DNA of 58,185 bases, counting the filler, from Catajapyx aquilonaris (lineage: Eukaryota): the NCBI GenBank assembly GCA_000934665.2. It is 3 parts of 3 records of this genome, joined end to end, with 100 filler letters (N's around TTAATTAATTAA, not from the genome) between each part and the next. Parts side by side here need not be neighbours in the genome. Positions count along the whole stretch, not along the records: positions 19,401 to 38,832 come from JYFJ02006511.1; positions 38,933 to 58,185 come from JYFJ02006512.1; 1 more part is not named here. One strand, given 5' to 3'. Shown piece after piece: positions 35,945-47,391 of the stretch. Made by a program: the position numbers and the translations under genes. The first letter of the stretch is position 1. Each line of letters opens with the position of its first letter. The notes under the pieces are model-generated. The model was given only the letters and a program-made list of their open reading frames with translations. It did no database searches and had not been told where the DNA came from.

Positions 35945-38057
35945 ATATCATATTTACTCAGCCAAGTAGGTCTCAATATTATTTATGAGCCTCCTCTGCA
36001 TGTAAGTGTCTAAATGTTTTTCAATGTCTCCTCTCCTGTCTCCTTGATCAGCTCTGGAGGAAGCAGAAACCCTTATTTTCTGGTATTCCTAAGTTCAAAA
36101 GTGTATGACATAATTCAAATGTATAATTATATTCTCTAGAAAAGTACTTACATCATGGGTTACTCTTAAAAACGATGTGGTTACTGGGATTTGAGTAACT
36201 GTTTAAGAGGTTTCTGGATTTAATGTTACTCCTTAAATATGTAACTCTGAAGAAATATATATTCTTTACGTAATGACAGTAACATTGTCTGTGAATGTTC
36301 TTTTTTTAAAGAAGCCTAAAACAAACCTGCAAGTTATATAACTTTCCAAATGCACCAAAAGATGCTTTCCACACATCTATTTTCATTACGGTTTTTCCCC
36401 CCATATTATGTCAAAATTCAACAAAATTTTCAAGCAGTCATAATAACAATCTGAAAACTCAACCAAATGCTACAAAACTAGACAAGCTAATCACACTCAC
36501 ATCTGGAACTTGGTCTGGTAACCCAGTGGGAACTAATATAAGCACTTGATTGTGTACTGTACATTCGCTATCTGTGTGTCAGCATGCCCGTTGACCTTGA
36601 ACTGCACCATAACAGTTCATACAGACGGGTACATACGATGTGTCTCCCAGAATGTGGTAGACTATATTATGAACCTTGAAGAGCAATCGGCAGTTACATT
36701 TTTACAAAACATGTGGCCGAGACCCTGACCCTGACACAGCTTATCGAAGAGATTGAGGCCCTCATGGTGGCGACTGGACCAGTTTTGTCAACGAATCATG
36801 GTTACCCAAGTGGTTACCTGGACGACCAGTCTGAAACATTGCATTTGTTACATGACTTGGAGGTAATTACTGCATACTGCCGTTGTCGTGCAGCGGAATG
36901 GACAACAATGCCTGCACAGATTTGTTGATTCTGGAATTCGGAGCAGTTTACTCTTTGAGCTTCACCCTGTATAAACAGGGGGAAGCCTTGAGTTGCACAG
37001 AGAAAACAATTTGCTCATAAGCTTGTTTTATTCTGATTGAACCTTGTACTTTGAAGCTTACTTTTTATACCGTACACAGGCTGCAAGTGATTTGCTGCGT
37101 CTGAACCCCTCATTTTCTTCTGTGCCTTTTTCACATATAATGTGAACATACTGATCACATACGAAACACTTGTGAGCACCAGAAGGCACTTCTCGCAAGC
37201 TGCACACTATAATATTTTTATATTCGCAATTGGTTTTCAGTCACTTTCTCAACTGCTTTATAGGACAACTAGAGTGTTTTTCCTGTTATTGTATAGTACG
37301 GAATTGCAAGGGAAAAAATATACTGCATATTAGTAAGATCCCAACATTACTTCTTGGGATAGTGTAAACATGTCTTACGGGTATTACAGAGTGAGCGAGC
37401 ATACAGTGAGACACATGAAGCATTGGAAGGCTCATTTATCAGGCTTTCCATTGCTGTCCATATGACTACATAGGTTAGGCAACTGCGGCGAGAGTTCGAA
37501 AATTCCTCGATATACGAATTTGAGCTATATAATTATTAAACCCACGGTGTGATGACCTCAATAGCTGACACCGGTGATAAGAAAACACTTTCCAGTAGTA
37601 ATGTTATTGTCAATATAGCTAGAAGAATATTAGCACGCCAAAACTATTAATTGTCTTCCAGGGCAACAGTATCGCTGTTTTCTTTAAAGAGGGACTAACT
37701 GGGGGGTAAAATTAGTAGGCTACTACTTGTAGTCCGTGAGGGTAGTCTCGATATCATATCTGCCCTTTTGCTCACACGTTATGCAATTGCAATATCATGT
37801 CAAGGACACCAGTTATCTCTGTCTCCCTCCCTTCACCCAATCCCAGCAGATCTCCTCAAACACAAAACAACCCAAAAACAACCATATGCTGGAAATTAAT
37901 TAATCTGACAACATTGCTGCAGCTCGACCTGTCGTAGTAGACGACTGATCATAATAATAGGCTACTTGCAAAAATCCACATATTGTTGCGTTATTATAAA
38001 GCTGTGGTCCATTGCGATGGATTCCGTGACTTACCAAAAGCCACTCATGGTCTAGAA

Positions 38058-38378
38058 ATGGCAACCTACAGAGTGGATCTCACGCCAAGTCAGAAGGAAT
38101 CTTTGAAAAAGGTAAGAAAAATAATTCGTACCCCAACCCCATCCTAAATAATTGGCCTATGTGACAAGTATCTAGCATTGCCACCCTTCATACAATAATC
38201 CAACAAAAACAAGTCATAAGCACTTTGCCCCCTCAGTTCCGGGACCTGGTGTCGGATATTACAAAACCGGAACACCATGATGCCTACCTCACTCGATGGT
38301 TGAAAGGTAATACTAATATAATTTTGTCGCTAAACACACAGTTGGAAATAAATATTATATTTCTTCAACAGTGGACTG

Positions 38379-38432
<54 letters not shown>

Positions 38433-38441
38433 GTTATTATT

Positions 38442-38524
<83 letters not shown>

Positions 38525-38787
38525 TGCCTATTTTGGTTGCAGCTGAGCACTACAAGCCAGAGAGGGCTGCAGCCAAGTTCAGAGAGGTCAGGAGAGTATA
38601 CAAGAAATTTATCTTAAAACTTAAACGAATTTGCTATTCACTGGAATGCCGTACTTTACTTTCCAGCACTGCAAATGGATGAAAGAGTACGACATAGAGA
38701 GCGTCATCAAGGAATGGAATCCTCCAGATTTCATTAAACCACTCTCTGATTTTGATTTCGTTGGATTTTCAAAGAATGAAAGCACCG
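38058..38787 (+). CDS. SEC14-like copy F, exons 1-4, truncated by assembly gap
   Basis: MATYRVDLTPSQKESLKK|FRDLVSDITKPEHHDAYLTRWLK|AEHYKPERAAAKFRE|HCKWMKEYDIES...; gap begins at 38833. Confidence 0.8.
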
Positions 38788-38998
38788 GTGAGTCATTCTT
38801 CTGTAGAGACTATATTTTTGAGAAAGAATTTGNNNNNNNNNNNNNNNNNNNNNNNNNNNNNNNNNNNNNNNNNNNNTTAATTAATTAANNNNNNNNNNNN
38901 NNNNNNNNNNNNNNNNNNNNNNNNNNNNNNNNGAAATCAAATGCTTAAGTCACATTAATTTGCCCTCATATTCGCAAGGATCATAATTACCTCAAAAC

Positions 38999-39248
38999 GG
39001 GCGACACGGTGGCGGATTGGTTAGCGCCACAGCCTTCCACCTCTAAGGTTCCGAGTTCGATCCCCGGGTCGCGCAAAGGATGCTTATGTGGATAGAGTTT
39101 CGATGGGTTCTCCCCGTGTTCGCGTGGGTTTTCTCGGGGTTCTCCCGTTTCCTCCCACTATTCAAAATCCATCACACGCAGGCAATGATTAAAGACGGTT
39201 CACGAAAAGATGATCCCCTAAGAGGCCCAAGGCCTATCACGGGGTATC

Positions 39249-39306
<58 letters not shown>
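38999..39306 (+). mobile_element. Full-length tRNA-derived SINE with V-domain-like core, (ATT)n tail and 13-bp TSD
   Basis: A box GGTGGCGGATTGGTTAG and B box GTTCGATCC. Core gttctccccgtgttcgcgtgggttttctcggggttctcccgtttcctcccac resembles the V-SINE domain. TSD attacctcaaaac at 38986-38998 and 39307-39319. Confidence 0.9.
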
Positions 39307-39312
<6 letters not shown>

Positions 39313-40058
39313 TCAAAACATACTCATCATAATTTTCTATTGCGCTAACAATAGTCTGCACACAATATGATCCTCTGGCACGTAATAGTTCCCATTATGG
39401 TGCTGTCCGTTTTATTATGAAACTCCCTACATTGTCATATCGCAATTATTATTGACAAATGTCGCACAAATCACCCTGTACGTTACTATCTTCTCTCCAA
39501 CATCATAAGTTACGCATTTGGGTTACAGCTGAAGGAGGAAAATAACAGTTCACAGGAAGTAAGCCTAAGAAAAATGTACGCAGCTGGTGACATAATGCGT
39601 AAACAAGTGCACCTCTTATGGGGCAGACTTTGAGTACCAGATGTGCTGGTGGGTTGCAGAACAGTTTAAAGAATTCAGGGACCCCGGTGCTTGAGAAGTG
39701 GTCATTTGAATAGAAACTGTGCAGGAACGTGGACACAGCAGGCGGTGGACGTGGAGGCTTATCTGGATTGAATTGTTCAGAGTCTGTGACATTCTTAGAC
39801 AAATAATGTGTGTCAACTAGTGGGCTGGATCAAGAAAATATTGTTTCAAGACTGTTGGTTGAAAATGTGTATGTTCGTCAGATAGAGCAATGTGGGCTAC
39901 TTTTAAGACTGGTTGGTACAGTGTGCTTTATAATGTGGGGTTATAGTCTTATTAATTTTGACAATGTTTTACATATGTAGAACTAATAATAATGTGGTGT
40001 AATTAATTTCAGAATTTATAACTGAGGTCATTATGTGACAGTTGACACACGAGTAGCC

Positions 40059-41325
40059 ATGGCTTTGATCCGTTTCACCTGCTTCATCTGTCGAGCTCAC
40101 TACTGGAAAATACTACTGGTTTTGATGATGCTTATTCTCTTCCTCCGGTATTTATTTGACATCACTTTTGACGAAAGTGACCAATCCAACAATTTCTTCC
40201 GAACAGCACGCAATTCTGAAGCACGACTACCACCATGTATTTTGGAGCCTCTAAATCTAGGTAACGGAATAAGAAAGGAATGATAATTTGAATCAAATGT
40301 TTCCCCCCAAAAATTGCTTCCATTATAGTGGGGCCATTAAAGATGAGGAAAGAAGCGCCTTCCATAGATGAGCTTGATAAACGCTACCCAAAGGTGGAGC
40401 CACATCCTGGCAACTTCAGGCCCAAAGACTGCATGACTGGTCAAAAAGTCGCCATCATTGTACCGTACAGGGATAGGGATGCTCACCTGCGCATCTTCCT
40501 GGACAACATCCATCCTATGCTGCAACGACAGAAGATTGACTACGGCATTTACGTCATCGAGCAACAAGGTAGGTGTGTGTCTATGTGACCATTTCAGAGC
40601 CAGAACGTGTTGCTCTTTCTTGTCAGCGAACACAACATTCAACAGGGGGATGCTGATGAACATTGGATTCGTAGAGTCCTCGAAGCAGTACGACTGGGAT
40701 TGTTTCATCTTCCACGACGTAGACCTGATCCCTGAAGATGACCGCAACCTGTACATATGCGGTGACCGACCTCGACACTTGTCTGTAGCCATTGACAAGT
40801 TCAATTACGCGTAAGCCTGTCTCTCCCATTCCTTTGTCATGTGACTTATCAACTATTTTATACTGAAGGCTTCCGTATGCTACGATATTCGGTGGGGTAA
40901 GCGCCTTGACGAAGGAGCAGTTCGAGAAGGTGAATGGCTTCAGCAACATTTTCTGGGGCTGGGGCTGCGAAGACGATGACCTCTACAACCGAGTCATTAA
41001 TGCCGGCTACACCGTATCTAGGCCCGAAGCCAACGTGTCCAGATATCAGATGCTGAGTCATGTCGAACAAATACCCAGCCCCAGCAGGTTAAAAGTTGTC
41101 GTTATGTTGACCTTAGGCCGAAATACAGTATATTGAATAATTGACTGTTGCAGGCATAAGAAGTTGTATTCAGGCAAGAAGAGGTTCAAGACGGATGGAC
41201 TCAACAGCCTCAGATACGAAAGGTTGGACCTACTGGTGAAGAGGATGTACACTTGGGTGTACGTCAAACTGCAGAAGAATCAGGCAACTTCTGAACCGAG
41301 CACAATGTCGAAATATCAAACTTGA
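40059..41325 (+). CDS. Beta-1,4-N-acetylgalactosaminyltransferase-like (GT7, bre-4/beta4GalNAcTA-like), copy 1
   Basis: 5 exons; N-terminal TM anchor. Motifs KVAIIVPYRDR, FNRGMLMNIGF, FHDVD (DxD), LPYATIFGGVSAL, WGWGCEDDD, YQMLSH, DGLNSL. Confidence 0.92.
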
Positions 41326-42535
41326 CCTAACTTCTGGTTTTTCGCAGAGCACGTCACAATGTGGAGATCTTTATTCACACAGTGAATATGCGTGAGTGAT
41401 GTAACACAAACACATGCACAAGCATCTGGAATTAATTTTAAATTCTCAAAATAAACTGGTGAATATGATGGTGAACTTGCACATCATGATTGAAATGAAC
41501 ACAAACGTCAATCTTAACGAATAAAACCTTGACTGAAAGTACGTACAAGCCTGACTTATTGCTTTGGCTCCCTCAGTCCTTGCAGTCATGGCCATCCAAA
41601 CCCCTTGGCAGTGACGTATTTAGTTTTTTCCCGACCCTATGGATAGCCTTATTGCCACAACCCCCCCCCCCCCTCCTGATTTTCAGGTCCGAGATTGGGG
41701 AAATTCCGAAATATGCGGATTTCAATGCCAAATATCTCGAAAATTGTTTTGGTCATGGATACTCCTACTAGTACAGCACTTAGCAAAACCCAGTGAATTT
41801 CATCTTGGTGTTTACACTTTTATGCCGCTCCATTGGCTCCAAGGTGAATCGGCCGATGNGAAAGGGTGCACGCGACTTTCGCCCTTACTGGTCTCGGGCA
41901 TCGGGCGATTCATCTTGGGGCGGCACATGAACGGTGACGCCATGTATTACATATTTCGGCACAGGTCAAAATTTTCTCCCCAATAAAGTTTTCCGCTCCA
42001 TGACTTTATTTTGCCGCCCCCTAAAAAACCGTCCTCGAAAAAATCTAAAATGTACTCAGCTGGTGCCGTAATAACAAGTGCATCTTTTGTATAGAGCAGA
42101 CTTTGAGTACCAGATGTGCTGGTGGGTTACAGAACAGTTTAAGAGATTCAAGGTGAGTGCTGAGAAGTGGTCATTCGAATAGAAACTGTGCAGGAATGTG
42201 GACACAGCAGGTGGGGGACCTGGAGGCTTATCAGGATTGAGGTTTCCAGAGTCTGTGACATTCTTAGACAATGAATGTGTGTCAACTTGGGCTGGATCTG
42301 AAACTATTGTTTAAGGACTCTCTTGGTTGAAAATGGGTAAGTTCATCAGAGCACTGTGGGCTACTTTCAAGACTGTGAGTGTGGTTGGTCCAGCACAGCA
42401 TTAGTGTTGTTTATGTGGGGTTAATGTCTCGATTCTGTTCATAAGTGGCCATAATAATGATGTGCTCTAATTCATTTCAGATTTTGACAAAGGCACAACC
42501 CAGGTCATCGTGTGACAGTTGACACATAAGCAGCT

Positions 42536-43795
42536 ATGGCCTTGATCCGTTTTAACCGCTTCATCTGTCGAGCTCGCCACTCGAAAATACTTCTGGTTGT
42601 GATGATGCTTATTCTCTTCCTCCAGTATTTATTTGAAGTCACTTTTGACGAAAGTGACCAATCAAACAATTTCTTCCGAACAGCACGCAATCCTGAAGCA
42701 CGACTACCACGATGTATTTTGGAGCCTCTAAATCTAGGTAAAGGAATAAGAAAGGAATGATAATTTTATACAAAGGTTTTTCAAAAAAAAAATGTAGTTG
42801 GGTCATTAAAGGTGAGGAAAGAAGCGACTTCCATAGTGGAGCTTGATAAACGCTACCCAAAGGTGGAGCCACGTCCTGGCAACTTTAGGCCCAGAGACTG
42901 CATGGCTGGTCAAAAAGTCGCCATCATTGTACCGTACAGGGATAGGGATGCTCACCTGCGCATCTTCCTGGACAACATCCATCCTATGCTACAACGACAG
43001 AAGATTGACTACGGCATTTACGTCATCGAGCAACAAGGTAGGTGTGTGCTGGGTGTGTGTCTATGTGGCCCTTTCAGAGCCGGAACGTGTTGCTCTTTCT
43101 TGTCAGCGAGCACAGCATTCAACAGGGGGAAGCTGATGAACATTGGATTCGTAGAGTCCTCGAAGCAGTACGACTGGGATTGTTTCATCTTCCACGACGT
43201 AGACCTGATCCCTGAAGATGACCGCAACTTGTACATTTGTGGTGACCGACCTCGACACTTGTCTGTAGCCATTGACAAGTACAAGTACAAGTACGCTTGT
43301 CTCTCCCATTCCTTTGTCATGTGACTTATCAAGTTTCCCTATTTTTTACTGAAGGCTTCCGTTCCCTACGATATTTGGTGGGGTAAGCGCCTTGACGAAG
43401 GAGCAGTTCGAGAAGGTGAATGGCTTCAGCAACATTTTCTGGGGCTGGGGCTGCGAAGACGATGACCTCTACAACCGAGTCATTAATGCCGGCTACAACG
43501 TATCTAGTCCCGAAGGCAACGTGGCCAGATATCAGATGCTGAGTCACGTCAAAGAAATACCCAGCCCCAGCAGGTTAAAAGTTATTGTTCAGTATGTTGT
43601 CCTTAGGCCGAAATATATTGAGTTAATGACTGTTGCAGGCATGAGAAATTGTATTCCGGCGAGAAGAGGTTCAAGACGGATGGACTCATCAGCCTCAGAT
43701 ACGAAAGGTTGGACCTACTGGTGAAGAGGTTGTACACTTGGGTGTACGTCAAACTGCAGGAACATCAGGCAACTTCTGAACCGAGCACAATGTAG
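42536..43795 (+). CDS. GT7 beta-1,4-GalNAc-transferase-like, copy 2
   Basis: Same exon layout and motifs (LPFPTIFGG, WGWGCEDDD). DGLISL replaces DGLNSL. A TCG>TAG change shortens the C-terminus by 5 aa. Confidence 0.85.
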
Positions 43796-44822
43796 AAATA
43801 TCATGCTTGACGGAACTTCTGGTTTTTCGCAGAGCACGTCACAATGTGGAGATCTTCATTCACACCGTGAATATGCGTGAGTGATGTAACACATGTGCAA
43901 GCATCTGGAATTAATTTGAAATTCTCAAAATAAACTGGTTAAAATGGTAAAAACTTGCACGTCATAATTTAAATGAACACAATGTAATGCACAAACGTCA
44001 ATCTTACTGAATAAAACCTTGACTGAAAGTACAACCCTGACTTGCTTTGGCTCCCCCAGTCAATCTACTAACTACACTTACTCATATCCTCCTGAGACGT
44101 GGGCTTGAAACGATGTGCTTTTCGGCTAAAACGGGCACAAACGAAGCACAAACGATTGCCATGATTGAACAAGAAATTCGCGAAAGTGTTCGGGCCAAGT
44201 CAACGGGCGTTCTGATAGTTGAACTACCAACCATCAGATGCCACGGCAAGAACAGCTTAAAAGTCAACTTCGCCTTTTATATGCGACCAAAGAGCGCGCA
44301 AAATGCAAACTATCATAATGATGGACGTAGGCCCTGGGGCATGACAATGCTCTGCCATCATATTATAGATGTCGCCCTAAACAGGTTAAGGTTAACGAAC
44401 TGCAGCAACCATCATGGCTGTTAAATTTGCCACCATCCCGTCTAGGTCCAGTTCGCGTGGCAGGGGTAAGAAGACCCTCTCTTTGTTATGCTCTCCCGGC
44501 AACCGATTGTTTCCGACCCGTAGCTAGCCAACATGTTTGGAGTCCACCCCACCCTCCCAACCCCGCCGCGTCGCTAGGTGCAGATAAACGATAGACTTTC
44601 CTTAATAAACAATATTGGGAAATCACGTGAGCGTGACTAGAGTAGACTTTTTCGTGTTTACTGCTATTGTCCCCAACGTCCGTCACGGTACTGGGACTGA
44701 AACCACCCATAACTCATTTTTGGCCAAAAGCGGACTTATCCTTTCCCCTCTATTTCGTCCTACCCGCGCAGATCGCCCGCGCCTCTTTACCCTTTAATAA
44801 ATCTATCCTAGCGTACCCATCT

Positions 44823-45090
44823 TTTAGACCTTTTTTCATATATCGGAAAAAGTCTTATAGCACGGCTCTGTCCGTCCGTCCGTCTGTGGACAGGTATCTG
44901 CGGACGGGCTTAAAGGCAAGGTAGGGTCCCCCCCCCCTTACCAAATCTTTTCATGCGGTAGGAGGAGGGGGGGGGGAAGGGGCGGAGAGAGTGTACCAGG
45001 AACCCGAAAATCGAAGAATGTCTTATAGAACGGCTCTGCCTGTCTGTCTGTCCACAGACATACAGACAGACAGAGCCGTTCAATAAGATT
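44823..45090 (+). mobile_element. DINE-1/Helentron-like non-autonomous element remnants with (GTCY)n microsatellite
   Basis: tcttatagcacggctctgtccgtccgtccgtctgtggacag at ~44853, repeated as tcttatagaacggctctgcctgtctgtctgt at 45021 and then inverted (acagacagacagagccgttcaataaga). Confidence 0.5.
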
Positions 45091-45632
45091 TTTTTCTCGA
45101 GAAAGTCTAAAATGTACTCAGCTGGTGACATAATAACAAGTGCGCCTTTTATGGGGCAGACTATGAGTACCAGATGTGCTTGTGGGTTGCAGAACAGTTG
45201 AAGGGATTCAGGGACCCCCTTTCTTGAGAAGTGGTCATTTGAATAGAAACTGTGCAGGAACGTGGACACAGCAGGCGGTGGACGTGGAGGCTTATTCGGA
45301 TTGAAGTGTTCAGAGTTTGTGACATTCTTAGACAAAGAATGTGTGTCAACTAGTGGGGTGGGTCTGAAACTATTGTCAAGAGCTAATAGGTCTTGCTATT
45401 GTTGATGGACTCTTGGTTGAAAATGGGTAAGTTCATCAGAGTACTGTGGGCTACTTTCAAGACTGTGCGTGTGGTTGGTACAGCACAGCATAAGTGTTGT
45501 TTATGTGGGGTTAATGTCTCGATTCTGTACATAAGTAGCCATAATTATAATGACTCGTATAATGATGTGCTCGGATTGATTTCAGATTTTGACAACCCGG
45601 GTCATCGTGTGACAGTTGACACATAAGCAGCT

Positions 45633-46888
45633 ATGGCCTTGATCCGTTTTAACTGCTTCATCTGTCGAGCTCACTACTCCAAAATACTACTGGTTGTGAT
45701 GATGCTTATTCTCTTTCTCCAGTATTTATTTGACGTCTCTTTTGACGAAAGAGACCAATCCAACAATTTCTTCCGAACAGCACGCAATTCTGAAGCACGA
45801 CTACCACATTGTATTTTGGAGCCTCTAAATCTAGGTAAAAGAATAAGAAAGGAATGATAATTTTAATCAAATGTTTTCCGAAAATGGCTTCCATTATAGT
45901 GGGGTCATTAAATGTGAGGAAAGAAGCGCCTTCGATAGAGGAGCTTGATAAACGCTACCCAAAGGTGGAGCCACGTCCTGGCAACTTCAGGCCCAAAGAC
46001 TGCATGGCTGGTCAAAAAGTCGCCATCATTGTACCGTACAGGGATAGGAATGCTCACCTGCGCATCTTCCTGGACAACATCCATCCTATGCTGCAACGAC
46101 AGAAGATTGACTACGGGATTTACGTCATCGAGCAACAAGGTAGGTGTGTGTCTATGTGACCCTTTCAGAGCAAGAACGTGCTGCTCTTTCTTGTCAGAGA
46201 ACACAACATTCAACAGGGGGATGCTGATGAACATTGGATTCGTAGAGTCCTCGAAGCAGTACGACTGGGATTGTTTCATCTTCCACGACGTAGACTTGAT
46301 CCCTGAAGATGACCGCAACCTGTACATTTGTGGTGACCGACCTCGACACTTGTCTGTAGCCATTGACAAGTACAAGTACAAGTACGCTTGTCTCTCCCAT
46401 TTCTTTGTCATGTGACTTATCAAATGTTTTATACCGAAGGCTTCCGTATGCTACGATATTCGGTGGGGTAAGTGCTCTGACCAGGGAGCAGTTCGAGAAG
46501 GTGAATGGCTTCAGCAATATTTTCTGGGGCTGGGGCTGCGAAGACGATGACCTCTACAACCGAGTCATTAATGCCGGCTACAAGGTATCTAGTCCCAAAG
46601 CCAACGTGTCCAGATATCAGATGCTGCGTCACGTCAAAGAAATACCCAGCCCCAGCAGGTTGAAAGTTATTGTTCAGTTGATCTTAGGCCGAAATATATT
46701 GAATTGACTGTTGCAGGTATAAGAAGTTGTATTCAGGCAAGAAGAGGTTCAAGACGGATGGACTCAACAGCCTCAGATACGAAAGGTTGGACCTACTGGT
46801 GAAGAGGATGTACACTTGGGTGTACGTCAAACTGCAGGAGCATCAGGCAACTTCTAAACCGACCATAATGTCGAAACATCAAACCTGA
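45633..46888 (+). CDS. GT7 beta-1,4-GalNAc-transferase-like, copy 3
   Basis: Same 5-exon structure and motifs (YQMLRH, DGLNSL); stop TGA at 46886-46888. Confidence 0.92.
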
Positions 46889-47391
46889 CGGAACGTCTGG
46901 TTTTTCGCAGAACACGTCACAATGTGGAGATCTTTATTCACACAGTCAGTGAATATGCGTGACTGATGTAACACATGCACAAGCATCTGGAATTAATTTT
47001 AAATTCTCAAAATAAACTGGTGAAAATGGTAAAATCTTGCACGTCATAATTTAAATGAACACAATGTTATACACAAACGTCAATCTTACCGAATAAAACC
47101 TTGACTGAAAGTACAAGCCTGACTTGCTTTGGCTCCCCCAGTCAACCTACAAACTATACACATACTCATATGGTTGTAGAGTGATAGAAGACACTATTTT
47201 GCTCTGAAAGTATTGTTAGGATGTAACTCAAGGTGTTTCCAGCCCAGGTAATGTCACAATAGTTCAGAGAAGCTTTATGTTTATGTTTCTGCATCATCAC
47301 GTGAATTTTGAACCCAAGTAGATTGATAACTCTTTAATCTTGTTACAGAAAAATAATTAGCAGGTTTTTACATTTATAATAATAATCATCG

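Noticed and set aside
38999..39075. tRNA gene
   Set aside because: A and B boxes belong to a SINE head followed by core, tail and TSD; no proper cloverleaf end.
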